This document shows, one piece after another, positions 1 through 10,585 of a stretch of 64,000 nucleotides of DNA; position 1 is the stretch's first letter; each line of letters starts with the position of its first letter. Origin of the DNA: an uncultured Acidobacteriota bacterium (lineage in GTDB: Bacteria > Acidobacteriota > UBA6911); NCBI GenBank assembly GCA_963827655.1, contig CAWHCF010000036.1, positions 128,001-192,000 on the forward strand. The letters run 5' to 3'. The position numbers were made by a program, and so were the translations under genes. The notes beneath the pieces are model-generated. The model had not been told where the DNA came from. It worked only from the letters and a program-made list of their open reading frames with translations, and searched no databases.

Positions 1-999
1 GCCCGTGAGCGGGTCTCGAATCGCGCCCAGACCGCTGAAGTCGCCGGCCCGCATCGCCGCCGTCGGAACAGTCGCGTTGGCCTCGCGGTTCCCGGGGGTG
101 CGCCCGGCTTCGTACGAAACCAGGAAGAAGGTCCGGTTGCGTCCATCGTAGAGGTGCGGCAGGACGAGCGGACCGCCGGCGGAAAAACCGTATCGGTGGT
201 TGCGTCCCTTGGGCCTCGTCGGCGAGAAGTACGGCCGCGCGTTAAGGACAGAATTCTCGTGCGAGTACTGGATGGTTCCATGGAACTCGTTCGTTCCGCC
301 GTGCGAGATCTGCTGATAGATCCCGGACTGCGAGTACTCGGCGCTGTTGTTGACGGCCAGAACCTTCAGCTCGCGCGAGGCGCCGGTCGTCATCGAGGTC
401 GAGCCCAGCGGCGTCCCCCCTCCGGAGCTTGCGATGCCGTCGATGTGGAATTCGTTCTGGGCGCCGCGGCTCCCGGCGATGGTGTAGACGAACGCGCTAG
501 CGCCCGACGCGAAGGTCGGGACCGTTATGAGCGCCTCCCATGGCCGGTTCTGCGGGCTGTGAGCGGACTTCATCTGGACCTCCCAGTCGATGACATTTGC
601 GATCGAAGGGGTCTCGCTCTCGACCACCGGCGAGTGGGCCTCTACCCGCATCTCATCGCGCAGTTCCCCCACCTCGAGGGCGACGTCGATCCGCACCGTC
701 CGGCCGCTCTCCAGCACGACGCTGGGGCGCACAAAACGCTTGAAGCCGGCCAGCTCGGCCGAGATGGTATAGGTGCCCGGCACGAGGTTCGTCACCTCGT
801 AACCGCCGTCTTCCTGGCTCAGGAAATCGCGCCGCCAGCCGGTTCCGTCGTTGGTGACGACAACCAGGACGCCGGGGACGGCACTTTGCGAGGGATCCCG
901 CACGGTGCCCAGGATACGGCCCAAGCTGGTCTGGGCCCAGACAGTAGCGCTCGAAAGAGCCGCAAGGAACACTAAAATCCGAATCATTGCGCACATCAT
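1..999 (-). CDS. TonB-dependent receptor (Oar-like, N-terminal carboxypeptidase-regulatory-like domain), 5' part; runs off window start
   Basis: Own translation of minus strand from ATG 999 (GGAGA RBS upstream): signal peptide, AQTSLGRILGTVRDPSQSAVPGV, GFKRFVR, GGTNEFHG, YDGRNRTFF, VPTAAMRAGDFS. Confidence 0.9.
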   Translation of the reverse strand, partial: MMCAMIRILVFLAALSSATVWAQTSLGRILGTVRDPSQSAVPGVLVVVTNDGTGWRRDFLSQEDGGYEVTNLVPGTYTISAELAGFKRFVRPSVVLESGRTVRIDVALEVGELRDEMRVEAHSPVVESETPSIANVIDWEVQMKSAHSPQNRPWEALITVPTFASGASAFVYTIAGSRGAQNEFHIDGIASSGGGTPLGSTSMTTGASRELKVLAVNNSAEYSQSGIYQQISHGGTNEFHGTIQYSHENSVLNARPYFSPTRPKGRNHRYGFSAGGPLVLPHLYDGRNRTFFLVSYEAGRTPGNREANATVPTAAMRAGDFSGLGAIRDPLTG

Positions 1000-1183
1000 A
1001 GAGGTTCTCCTGTGACCGCAAGATTGCGTGGATATTTACGCCAGGGTAGAGATTCGATTTAAATAGCGGTAAAAGGCTGGACATGTCAAGGAGAAATCCT
1101 AACGGTGCTGGTTCAGGGAACTGTCGCCGTTTTTGTCTTCGCGTCTTCGTGGTGAATGCGGCCGGCATGATACCCTGGAGACC

Positions 1184-1798
1184 ATGACGCGCCATTTCTC
1201 GATGATCCGCGACTTCCACTTTGCGGACCTGCTCACTCTTGCTAACGGCGCCTGCGGGACGGCGGCGATACTCCTGGCCATGGACTACATGCGAGAAGGC
1301 TCCTCCGCCAAGCTGTACGCGGGCGGCACCTTTGTGGTGCTGGCCCTGGCGTTCGATGTGGCGGACGGACGGGTGGCCCGCTGGCGCCACCGCGCCTCGG
1401 CCATGGGCCGCGAGCTGGACTCCCTGGCCGACGTGATCAGTTTCGGCGTGGCGCCTGCCGCCCTCGGTTTTGCCGCCGGTCTCACCAGCCTGCTCGACGC
1501 GCTGGCTCTGCTCTACTTCGTGTGCTGCGGCATCAGCCGCCTGGCCCGCTACAACATCACCGCCGAGGCGATGTCCGCCGAAACCGGCAAGGTCTCGTAC
1601 TTCGAAGGAACGCCGATCCCATCCAGCGTCCTGCTGGTGGTCCTGCTGCTGGCGCTGACCTGGGCAGGCTTGAGCGGCCCGGACCTGCCGGGCGGGATCG
1701 TAAGGGTCAGCGGCTACGATCTCCATCTGCTGTCGCTGCTGTACGTTGTCTCCGGCTCTCTGATGATCAGCAAGACGCTGCACATCCCCAAGCCCTGA
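1184..1798 (+). CDS. pssA: CDP-alcohol phosphatidyltransferase (phosphatidylserine synthase-like)
   Basis: Motif DVADGRVAR...GRELDSLADVISFGVAP, RLARYN, FEGTPIP; hydrophobic; GGAG before ATG 1184. Confidence 0.85.
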   Translation: MTRHFSMIRDFHFADLLTLANGACGTAAILLAMDYMREGSSAKLYAGGTFVVLALAFDVADGRVARWRHRASAMGRELDSLADVISFGVAPAALGFAAGLTSLLDALALLYFVCCGISRLARYNITAEAMSAETGKVSYFEGTPIPSSVLLVVLLLALTWAGLSGPDLPGGIVRVSGYDLHLLSLLYVVSGSLMISKTLHIPKP

Positions 1799-1858
1799 GA
1801 CAACCGCAATCGCTCGGGGTTTTCACCACGTGAGCCAGGGTGCGCCCGAACGAGTCGG

Positions 1859-2350
1859 CTAAGCAGTCACCCAAAGGGATCCTCCCAGCAAAGCGAGTCG
1901 CTTCGAGAATATTGCGTGCGCCATTTCTTGATGATCCGCCTTTACGGCTGGAAGCTCGCCCTCGAGCGAGGAATCGAGCCGGAGCTTCAGGCGGTGCTTG
2001 GCATTCACGTTTAGCAGGCGAACGGTCGCCCGCCCCGTTGGCGCCAGCCCCAGAATCATCCGCTCCTCGTATCGTGAAATGGTCCAGCCAAGTGTGCTCG
2101 ACGAGCGGTGGAAAAGAGTCACATTAGCCTGCGTCTGCGGATCAATACTGCTGAGATTCGGCCGCTTTGTATAGGTTGCAGCGATCACAGGCCAGGCAGA
2201 GATCGACCGGATTGTCGCCGCCGCCATCCTGCTTCGCGATGATGTGCTCGACGTGTGAAAGGAATGTGGACGGTATTCTCTGGCAGTCTGCAGTATTCGC
2301 AACAGCCACCGGCTCGCTGTCGGATCCAAGTTGCGAGCCGCGGGGTCCAA
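1859..2350 (-). pseudogene. HNH endonuclease, multiply frameshifted (probably read errors); 3' end uncertain
   Basis: Frame-joined: RQRAGGCCEYC...HVEHIIAKQDGGGD...LCLACDRCNLYK...GRATVRLLNVN. Confidence 0.75.
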
Positions 2351-2354
2351 TACG

Positions 2355-2624
2355 ACGTGTAACTCGGCGAGGAATGTCCTCGCCTTTGCCTTTAGAATGC
2401 CTACGCGAGATCAATGCTCTCGACGAACTCTTCGTACATCGGCCCGTTCCGCGATCGGAGAGTATCGCACTGTCATTGGCTTTCGTCGCCGCAGTTCAGT
2501 CGATGCGGGCCTGCGTTGCCGCATCAGGTCGGAGGTCGGCAACCCGCCTGGCAACCTCGGGTGGTCAGACACTCCGTGAATGGGTCAAGCGAATCGGTCA
2601 AGAACAGTGGCAGATGAACTTCAT
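2355..2624 (-). pseudogene. Small helical protein upstream of HNH gene (antitoxin-like), with many single-base insertions
   Basis: Removing single inserted bases gives MKSSATVLDRFLDPFTECLTPEVARRVADLRPDAATQARIDEL...YEEFVESID..GILKAKARTFL; TGCTATACT lies 6 nt before the ATG. Confidence 0.6.
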
Positions 2625-2920
2625 GATGTGAGTATAGCATGGGCAGGCAGGCTTGCCAGGGAACAGTGCAGGAGACTCGAGAGCATTTCAGGTCCCACTG
2701 ACAAAACCCCACGCGCCTCCCACTGCACGATGTTCCGCGCCGTATTGAAACCATCGATGGATCACACTGCGATAGGCGCACCCGAGACTTTAGCATCGAG
2801 TTCTGAATCTGCCCGATCGCTGGAGATCTCGCTCTAAAAAACCGCGACCTGATTTTGCACAAGACTGGAGAACTCGTGTAAGAATATTCTATCCGCTCAA
2901 ATCGTGGGAGAGGACATGAG

Positions 2921-3673
2921 ATGACTCAAAGCCAGACCTGGAATCCTGAGCGTTACGCGCGGAACGCGCGCTTCGTTTCGGACCTCGGCGCACCGGTGGT
3001 CGAGCTGCTCGCGCCACGAGCAGGCGAGCGGATTCTGGATCTCGGCTGCGGCGACGGCGCCCTGACCGTCCAGCTAGTAGCGGCCGGCTGCCGTGTCGTG
3101 GGCATGGATTCGAGCGCATCCCAGGTGGAGGCTGCGCGCGCGCTCGGCCTCGACGCCAGGGTCATGGATGCAAGCGACCTCCGCTTCAAGGAGGAGTTCG
3201 ACGCGGTCTTCTCGAATGCCGTACTTCACTGGATAAAGGCCCCTGACGCAGTCATCCAGGGGGTGTGGCGGGCTCTGGTTTCCGGAGGCCGCTTCGTGGC
3301 GGAGTTCGGCGGTCATGGCTGCGTGGCAACGATCGTCGCCGCCCTCGAGGCGGCGCTCCGGCGTCGAGGCATCGATCCGGCGCGCGTGCATCCCTGGTAC
3401 TTCCCGAACGTCGACGATTACGGTCCGCGTCTCGAGCTGGCTGGTTTCACGGTGCGCTATATCGCGCTCATCCCGCGCCCGACGCCGCTTCCAGGCGACA
3501 TTCTCGACTGGCTTGAGACCTTCGCCGAGAGCTTTACGGCCGCGCTTGCGCCTGAGGAGCGTCTGCCGTTTCTCGAAGAGGTGCGTGAGACGCTGCGACC
3601 GTTGCTCTGCAACAGCGAGGGAAAGTGGACCGCGGACTATGTTCGGCTGAGGTTCGCCGCCGACAAGAGGTAG
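2921..3673 (+). CDS. Class I SAM-dependent methyltransferase (Tam-like)
   Basis: ILDLGCGDG motif I, FDAVFSNAVLHW, C-terminal WTADYVRLRF; GAGGA RBS. Confidence 0.9.
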   Translation: MTQSQTWNPERYARNARFVSDLGAPVVELLAPRAGERILDLGCGDGALTVQLVAAGCRVVGMDSSASQVEAARALGLDARVMDASDLRFKEEFDAVFSNAVLHWIKAPDAVIQGVWRALVSGGRFVAEFGGHGCVATIVAALEAALRRRGIDPARVHPWYFPNVDDYGPRLELAGFTVRYIALIPRPTPLPGDILDWLETFAESFTAALAPEERLPFLEEVRETLRPLLCNSEGKWTADYVRLRFAADKR

Positions 3674-3818
3674 AAATGCCTTTCAGAAGCGAAGCTATTT
3701 TCACATCGATGCCGGATGCAGACGCCTGACAAACCTGGCGGCCCGGGACCTCACTAGCAATTGCGCCGACCGAACGCGCGGGCCTATAATGCGGCCCAAC
3801 TCCCCCAGGAGGTCTTCG

Positions 3819-6800
3819 ATGACAATCCCAGCGCGTCGAATCTGCCTGGCAATCACTCTTGTCATAGTTTCCGCGGCCGCCGGCCGCGCACAGGTCGCCT
3901 CGCGGATCAGCGGAACGGTTCGCGACAGCTCCCAGGCGGCTCGTTCCCGGAGTTACCGTGACGGTGCGCGAGGCCAACCGCGGCACGACACACACCACCA
4001 TCACGAACGAGGTCGGCCGCTACTCTTTCTCCAATCTGACCGTTGGAGACTACGTGGTGACAGCCGAAATGGCCGGGTTCAAGCGGGCTGCGACCGGCAA
4101 AACCAAGCTGGACGTGAACCAGTCACTCGAGGTTGACATCACGCTCGAGCTCGGCGACGTGACCCAGGAAATCGAGGTCACGAGCGCGGCCCCGCTCCTG
4201 CAGACCAGCGATTCGCAGGTCGGCGGCCTGATCGAAAACAAGGAAATCGTCGAGCTGCCTCTCGCGGCGCGCGACTTCATGCAGCTCACGCTGCTCGCGG
4301 CGGGGGTCGTCGAATCGACAGGCAACAGCCGCCATCAGACCGAACGGGCCACCTGGGTCGGTTCATTCAGCGTCCACGGGCAGCACGCCACCTTCAACCA
4401 GTATCTGTTCGACGGGATTCCCGGGAAGGAAGCGGCGCACCAGACCAACATCTTCGCTCCCTCGATCGACGCGATCCAGGAGATCAAGATCGAGACCAGC
4501 AACTACAACGCCGAGTTCGGCAGCGAGGCCGGCGGGCACGTCAACGTGGTGACTCGATCGGGCACCAACACCCTGCACGGCACCGCGTTCGAGTTCCTGC
4601 GTAACGACAAGCTCGACGCCCGTGAGAAGTTCGCCGACCGCCGCTCGAAGCTCAACCGCAACACGTTCGGGGCCACGCTGGGCGGTCCGATCCGTCGCGA
4701 CCGGACCTTCTTCTTCGGCTCCTGGGAGTCGATGCGGCTCCGCCAGGGTTTTACGCAGGACACGACCGTCCCGACGCCGGCCTTCCGCGAAGGGGACTTC
4801 TCGGCGCTGCTCGGTACGGACTCCTCGAGCCCGCAGCCGATCCTGATCTACGACTGGACGACCGGGCAGCCGTTTCCAGGGAATATTGTTCCGCGCAACC
4901 GGATGCACCCGCTCCCGACCCGTTTCCTGGGCGAGTTCGTTCCGTTGCCGAACCGGGCCGGGCGCGGCGGCATCCGGCCGCTTTCAAACTACCAATCGCT
5001 CGAGCCTCAGAAGACCCATACCGATCAGTTCATTCTGCGCCTGGACCACGAGTTCAACCCGACCAACCGCTTCTACGCCCGCTACGTCATCAGCGATACC
5101 GACACGGTCGGACCCCCCGTCTGGCCCGCCTTCAGCTACAGCCACCTGCTGCGAGGGCAGCACATCGTGCTCAACTGGACTCGCACCCTGAGCCCGACCC
5201 GTGTTTTCGAGCTCCGCACGGGCTACAGCCGTTTCAATCAGAACGAACTGGTCGAGAGCGCCTTCACGCGCGATGTCTCGGAGGAGCTCGGCCTCAAGGG
5301 CACCTGCCGTGACCCGGCCTGCTGGCACGCTCCCTACTTCGTGGCCACCGACTTCAGCACGATGGGGAATCCGAACGGGGCGACGCTCGGGCAGGGAGTT
5401 TCCGGGCCGCGCGGGTGGAAGGACGAGATCTACCAGTTGCACACGACCATGTCGCTCGTGCACGGCCGCCACACGATCAAGTTTGGCTTCACGGGCAACC
5501 GCTACCGAGATACCTTCCCGGAGGCTATCCGGCCCGCCGGCCAACACGAGTTCAACGGCCAGTGGACCCGCGGCGCCGGCTCGGCGGGCTTCGCGCTGGC
5601 CGACATGCTGCTGGGATTGCCGCGCAGGATCCAGGCCAGCATCGACATCTTCGACCCGAATTTCCGAAACAACCAGATCATGCCCTGGTTCCAGGACGAC
5701 TGGAAGGTGACGCCCCGCCTGACGCTGAACCTCGGGATGCGCTACGAGTGGATGGGACGGCTTGTATCCAAGTACGACGCGATCTCGAACTTCTTCCAGA
5801 CCGGGCCGGCGACGGCCGTCATCATCACGCCGCAGGACACCGGCAAAGGGCACCCGTTCGTAAAGGCGCCGCCCGAGCTGGGCCGCAGCCTGCTCGAGAA
5901 CGACAACAATAACTTCGCGCCGCGGGTGGGCTTTGCCTACCAGGCGCGCCCGAACACAGTCGTGCGCGGGGCTTTCGGCCTCTTCTACCAGCGCGAGTCG
6001 TCGCAGCCCTGGATCGGCCTTTCACTCAACCCGCCTTTCATCCGGACCGGTGACGTCACGCTCGAGGCCAATGCCCAGTCGATCCGCGACTTCCCGGTCG
6101 ACGACCTGACCCCGGTGATCAACTTCGTCAGGCCCGGAAGCCGGCCGGCTGTGACCGGGATGAACATCGACTGGAAAGAAGCCTACGTGATGCAATGGAA
6201 CCTTTACGTCGAGCGCGCGTTCGGCAAAAGCCTGGTCGTCAAGACCGGATACGTCGGCAACCACGCGGTGGGGCTGCCGCGCAACAACGTGTCGCCGAAC
6301 GAGCCTCCGCCCGGCCCCGGCGATGTCCAGGCGCGCCGCCCCTTCCAGGACATCGGGGTCGTGACGCTGCGCTCAACCTCAGGCCAGTCCACCTACCACG
6401 GGCTCGAGGTCGAGGTCCAGAAGCGTTACAGCGCCGGCCTTTCCTTCATCTCCGCCTACACCTGGGCGAAGACCCTCGACAACCGCTCGATCCTGGACCT
6501 CTGGTTTGGTGGCAGCTCGAAGGCGCTCTCCTCGCTTCATGTCGCGCATCGCTTCAGCTACGCCGGGATCTGGGAGCTCCCGTACGGCCGCGGGCGCCGT
6601 TATGGCGCAGACGCGCCCGCCCTGGCCCGGGGACTGCTGGGCGGCTGGCAGGCCAGCGGCATCCTGGTGCTGCGCACCGGCTTTCCGCTCACCGTTGGAA
6701 TACCGGGTAACGTAGCCAACACGGGTGGCATCAGCCAGGTTCCAAACCGGATCCACGAGGCCAACCTGCCGGACTCCGAACGCACGGAAAACCGCTTTTT

Positions 6801-7083
6801 CGACACCGGCGCCTTCGTGCTCCCCGCGGCGTTCACACTCGGAAACGCCGGCATCAACCCGCTCATCGGCCCCGGCTTCTGGAACCTGGACCTGTCGCTG
6901 GGCAAGGTGTTCACAATTCGCGAGGCCCTGAATCTGCAGTTCCGGGCCGAGATCTTCAATGCGTTAAATCACCCGAATGACGGATCTCCCGGGACGACGC
7001 TGGGGACCGCCTCGTTCGGGCGGATCACCTCGACTTTCGGGGATCCCAGGGTAATGCAGTTTGGTCTCAAGCTGGTCTTCTGA
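3819..7083 (+). CDS. TonB-dependent receptor, one frameshift near 3940
   Basis: Signal peptide and AQVASRISGTVRDSS in frame of ORF 3789, continues in ORF 3958; SGTNTLHG, FQDDWKV, NNFAPRVG, C-terminal QFGLKLVF. Confidence 0.9.
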
Positions 7084-7098
7084 CCGTGCGTGGCAAGC

Positions 7099-7366
7099 CT
7101 TGGTGTTTCTTCGTGTCTTTGAGTCTTAGGGCTCGCGCAGAAATAACTTCACATTCTGGCGCGAGAGTCGGTGGTCAATCATGAACCGGTTTCTTCGCTA
7201 AGCACGGTGAGGATCGCGCCCCTTCGGGCTGCGGCCGCAGCCCGCTGGCTTTGTTGCTCGCTCCTCACGTACCGCACCGGGTACGCATCGTCGCTCGCGC
7301 CTCGCCAGCGGGCCTGGGGGCCTGCAGCAGAATGCGAACTTATTTCTGCACGAACCCTTAGTGGTT
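7099..7366. repeat. Palindromic-repeat family left arm, interrupted by MITE
   Basis: CTTGGTGTTTCTTCGTGTCTTTGAGTCTTA (7099-7128) + GTGGTT (7361-7366); the rejoined sequence matches the arm at 14844-14878. Confidence 0.9.
7129..7357. mobile_element. MITE copy 1 (229 bp), TTA target duplication
   Basis: TIRs GGGCTCGCGCAGAAATAACTTCACATTCTG and CAGAATGCGAACTTATTTCTGCACGAACCC (26/30 match); TTA at 7126-7128 and 7358-7360; no transposase ORF. Confidence 0.9.
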
Positions 7367-7387
7367 GGTGGGATTTGCCGGCCGAAC

Positions 7388-8050
7388 TTACTTCCGTTTC
7401 AGCTTGTCGCGCAGCCGCTTGAGGTCGACTCCAGAGTCGCGCAGGAGCTTGGCCGCCGGCGAGCCTTCGTACCTCAGGAGAGCGAGCAGGACATGCTCGC
7501 TGCTGGCCGACTTGTGGCCAAGCTGCGCCGCCTCCTCCATCGCATACTTGAGAATCTCCTGTACCTCTGCTGACAACCCGAATGAGCTCACAAAACCGAA
7601 GCCGAACGGTTGCTTGGTTACTTCCACCTCCTCGGCTTCACCAGGCGGGGCTTCGAGTTCATCGCGCAGCGCCGAAATATTGACACCCGTTTGCTGCAGA
7701 ATCCTGGCGGCCAGACACTCTCCGTCCTCCAGCAACGCGAGCAGGATCAACTCGGGGGTGATCGCGTTCTGTGCCCGCTCTTTCGCTTTCTGCGCGACTC
7801 GCCCGAGCGCAGCCTTGGAGGCGTCGCTGAAAGGGAGGTCGATATTTATCGGAATCTCTTTTTCGTGCCGGGGAACCTGCGCCCGAATTTGATCGCGAAC
7901 TTCATGAAGACGGAAGAGAATGCCGCGGCTCTCCCGCAGGATTCCCAGCAGGAGGTGTTCCGTGTCGATTGTCGGCGAACCGAACTCACTGGCCTCGTAA
8001 CGCGCGAAGAAAATCACGCGCCTCGCCTTTTCAGTGAATCGCTCGAACAT
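7388..8050 (-). CDS. Stand-alone Clp protease N-terminal (Clp-N repeat) domain protein
   Basis: MFERFTEKARRVIFFARYEAS..IDTEHLLLGILRE plus further repeats (ITPELILLALL, SSEHVLLALL); no Walker A motif. Confidence 0.85.
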   Translation of the reverse strand: MFERFTEKARRVIFFARYEASEFGSPTIDTEHLLLGILRESRGILFRLHEVRDQIRAQVPRHEKEIPINIDLPFSDASKAALGRVAQKAKERAQNAITPELILLALLEDGECLAARILQQTGVNISALRDELEAPPGEAEEVEVTKQPFGFGFVSSFGLSAEVQEILKYAMEEAAQLGHKSASSEHVLLALLRYEGSPAAKLLRDSGVDLKRLRDKLKRK

Positions 8051-8148
8051 AATCGTTCCTTCAGACAATGGTTCCGCGTGAATCGGGCAGGACGACCGGC
8101 GTTATCGTCCACAACGACGCTCATTATGAGGGAAGTAACGGATCGACT

Positions 8149-9790
8149 ATGCCGAAGCCGGGATTGTATCCCACTTCGATGCCCAGAAAAACCGCGTCCC
8201 ATGCTGAACGAGCGGTCTATGAGGCGCTCTCGAAACAGCTTCCCAAGGGGTGGTACGCCTGGCACTCGGTCCGAGTTCGCACGACTGCTATCGGTGATGC
8301 CGAGGCCGACTTCATCGTTGCGGACCCCAAGCGAGGAGCGCTTATTCTTGAAATCAAGGGTGGCAAGATCGAGCAGCGTGATGGTCACTGGTATTCGAAC
8401 AGCCAGCCCCTGAAATGCGCCCCCCGAGAGCAGGCCTGTCGTTTTCAGCGTGCTTTGAAGGACCGCCTCCATTCAAAGAAAGTCTCTCCGCCAGCGCTGG
8501 GTATCGTGACGGTCTTTCCCGACACTTCATTTTCGGATCCGCCGAGCGGAGGGGATCTTGAAGAGTGCGTGCTCGGACCGCGGGAATTGAAGTGGCTCGA
8601 CAGCGCGCTCCCTGAAGTGATGACCAGGTGTTTGTCGCCTCGATCAAAACCCCAGGGTAGATGGCTTCAGGCAATCCACGATCTCTGGGGAGAGCGATGG
8701 GTTCCCCGCCTGAACCTCGGTGATTTCACAGAAGTGCGCCGCGACGAGTTGCTGAAGCTAGACGCCGAGCAGCTGGAAGTCCTGCTGCGACTCGACGAGA
8801 ACGATTCTGTGCTCGTGACAGGTGGAGCCGGCACAGGCAAGACGGTTCTGGCCTATTCCATGGCGCTGCGGCTCGCAGAACGTGGCCAGAAGGTCTTGTT
8901 CCTCTGCTTCACCCTGGCACTGGAGCACTGGCTTGTGGAGCAAACGTCAAACCCAAACCTGACTGTGCGGGCAATCAAGAGTTACGCTGTCGACCTTTTA
9001 GAGCTTGCCGGCAGGCAAGTTCAGGTTCACGAAACGCCGGAGTTCTGGGGTGACGTATCTCTGGAGGGCAGGAACCGAGGCTTTGCCTAGAGTTCAAACA
9101 AAATGGGATGCAGTGTTCGTCGATGAAAGTCAGGACCTGGCGGAGGATGACTGGCTGCTGATTGCAGAGTTGTCGCGCGGGCGCCGACTCTGGGCTTTCT
9201 GCGACCCGGACCAGACATTCTGGGAAGATAGAGAGATACCCAAGGATCTCTTCAAGGCTCGATACCGGCTCGACAAAGCCTATCGCTGCCCGGACCCGAT
9301 CCTGGCTCTGGCAAAATGCTATGTCCGGAGCCAGCCTGATCCCGATGCATTCGCCGATGTGCCTGAAAGAAATGCGGTGACTGTGAGACCGTGCCCGAGC
9401 CGGAGCTCGGTGCCCGAAAGGATTGCGCTGGAAATCAGCAAGCTGCTCGGCGATGGCTTGCAGCCCGGGCAGATCGCCATCTTGTCGCTGCGGGGCGCTG
9501 CCGAGACGGGATCCATCGTCAACCTGGAAAAGCTCGGCATTCACCGTGTCGTTCCGGCCGTCGATCCGGAAAGTAAATCGCACGTTGTGGTGGAGACGTT
9601 CCTGCGGTTCAAAGGGTTGGAGCGCCCGGCCATCATCATCACCGATGTCCACCTCGCGATCGAAAAAACAGATTATGCGAAGCGGATGTACATCGCACTA
9701 ACCCGGGCGTTAGCGACGGTGTGCATAATCGACAGTCGTGACGCTCTGCTTCGAGATCCCATCCTCCGCCCGTTGTGGGAGCATAGCTGA
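8149..9790 (+). CDS. NERD nuclease domain + SF1 (UvrD-like) helicase/ATPase fusion, frameshift near 9065
   Basis: AERAVYEAL..EADFIV..LILEIKGG (NERD), VTGGAGTGKT (Walker A), VFVDESQD (Walker B), RFKGLERP, MYIALTRA. Confidence 0.85.
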
Positions 9791-9840
9791 AGAATCTCAG
9801 TCTGGGCGGTGGGCATTCGGACCGATGAGAAACGGGAAGG

Positions 9841-10196
9841 TTATGGTTGGTCTTTGTGGCCGTTGCTGAAGTAACGCTCGACGATATGAATCAGGGCATT
9901 GAGGCGTTCGTCGATCCGGCGACTCTCTTCATCGCGCCGCCGCACTTCTTCTCTGCGCTGCTGCGCTTCCTCCTCGATCCGGCGTTCGGTCTGGCGCCCC
10001 TGCTCCTCGACTACCCGCCCAGTCGCAGGATGAAACTGCCTACCTCGGCAATTTGGGCCGAGTGCTGCGCGATCTGCTCGGAATGCCGGCGGCTGATCTG
10101 CTGCAATTCCTGGAGATCCGCCCAGAGCTGGGCCTGGTTCCCTGCCAGAAACTCGAGCTTCTGCTCAATGCGGGCGAATCGTTCTTCGTGAGTCAT
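9841..10196 (-). CDS. Small coiled-coil hypothetical protein, frameshift near 10012
   Basis: MTHEERFARIEQKLEFL...HSEQIAQHSAQIA joined to VEEQGRQTERR...IDERLNALIHIVERYFSNG; TAGAAT lies 6 nt before the ATG. Confidence 0.65.
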
Positions 10197-10280
10197 GGAC
10201 ACATTCTACACCCATCTCCGCGTATCGATATAGTTTCCGAAACTGGACTCCTATTTCATTGTTCCGTCCGCTTTTTCCGC

Positions 10281-10307
10281 TAACCACTAAGACGCGAAGA
10301 CACGAAG
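10281..10307. repeat. Palindromic-repeat family right arm
   Basis: TAACCACTAAGACGCGAAGACACGAAG is the inverted copy of the arm at 7109-7128/7361-7366. Confidence 0.85.
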
Positions 10308-10423
10308 CAGTGCGCGAACCACGCTAAGAACACCCGGCAGCGCAAAATCGTGACGGCGAAGGGCGTCCGAATAAAAATTAACAACTTAGACATAGATTAG
10401 ACACAAAAACACGCCAAACCTGC

Positions 10424-10453
10424 TTGCGTTGTCTAACGACAGACCATTAACAT
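10424..10453 (+). promoter_or_regulatory. Putative sigma70 promoter with operator-like inverted repeat in the spacer
   Basis: TTGCGT-18 nt-TAACAT; spacer contains GTCT-AACGAC-AGAC; upstream of TonB receptor. Confidence 0.4.
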
Positions 10454-10585
10454 AAGAACAAAGAGTGGGCATCTACGTCGCGGAACGGCTGAAGGGACCG
10501 CCCCCGACTATCTCGGCTTTCAAATGTTGGACTCGGGATTGACCGAGTCAGGATCGGCTTTCGAGCCCATGGGGGAAGAACACGA

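Noticed and set aside
154-975. Long ORFs antisense to real genes (also 21281-22867, 36994-38400, 57355-59259 and others)
   Set aside because: Shadow ORFs caused by high-GC codon bias opposite well-supported genes
7388-8050. clpC/clpB ATPase
   Set aside because: Only Clp-N repeats; no AAA+ motifs in any frame downstream
10455-10585. Riboswitch (for example cobalamin) in the TonB receptor leader
   Set aside because: Short hairpins are present but I could not recognise conserved riboswitch motifs; an Rfam scan would be needed
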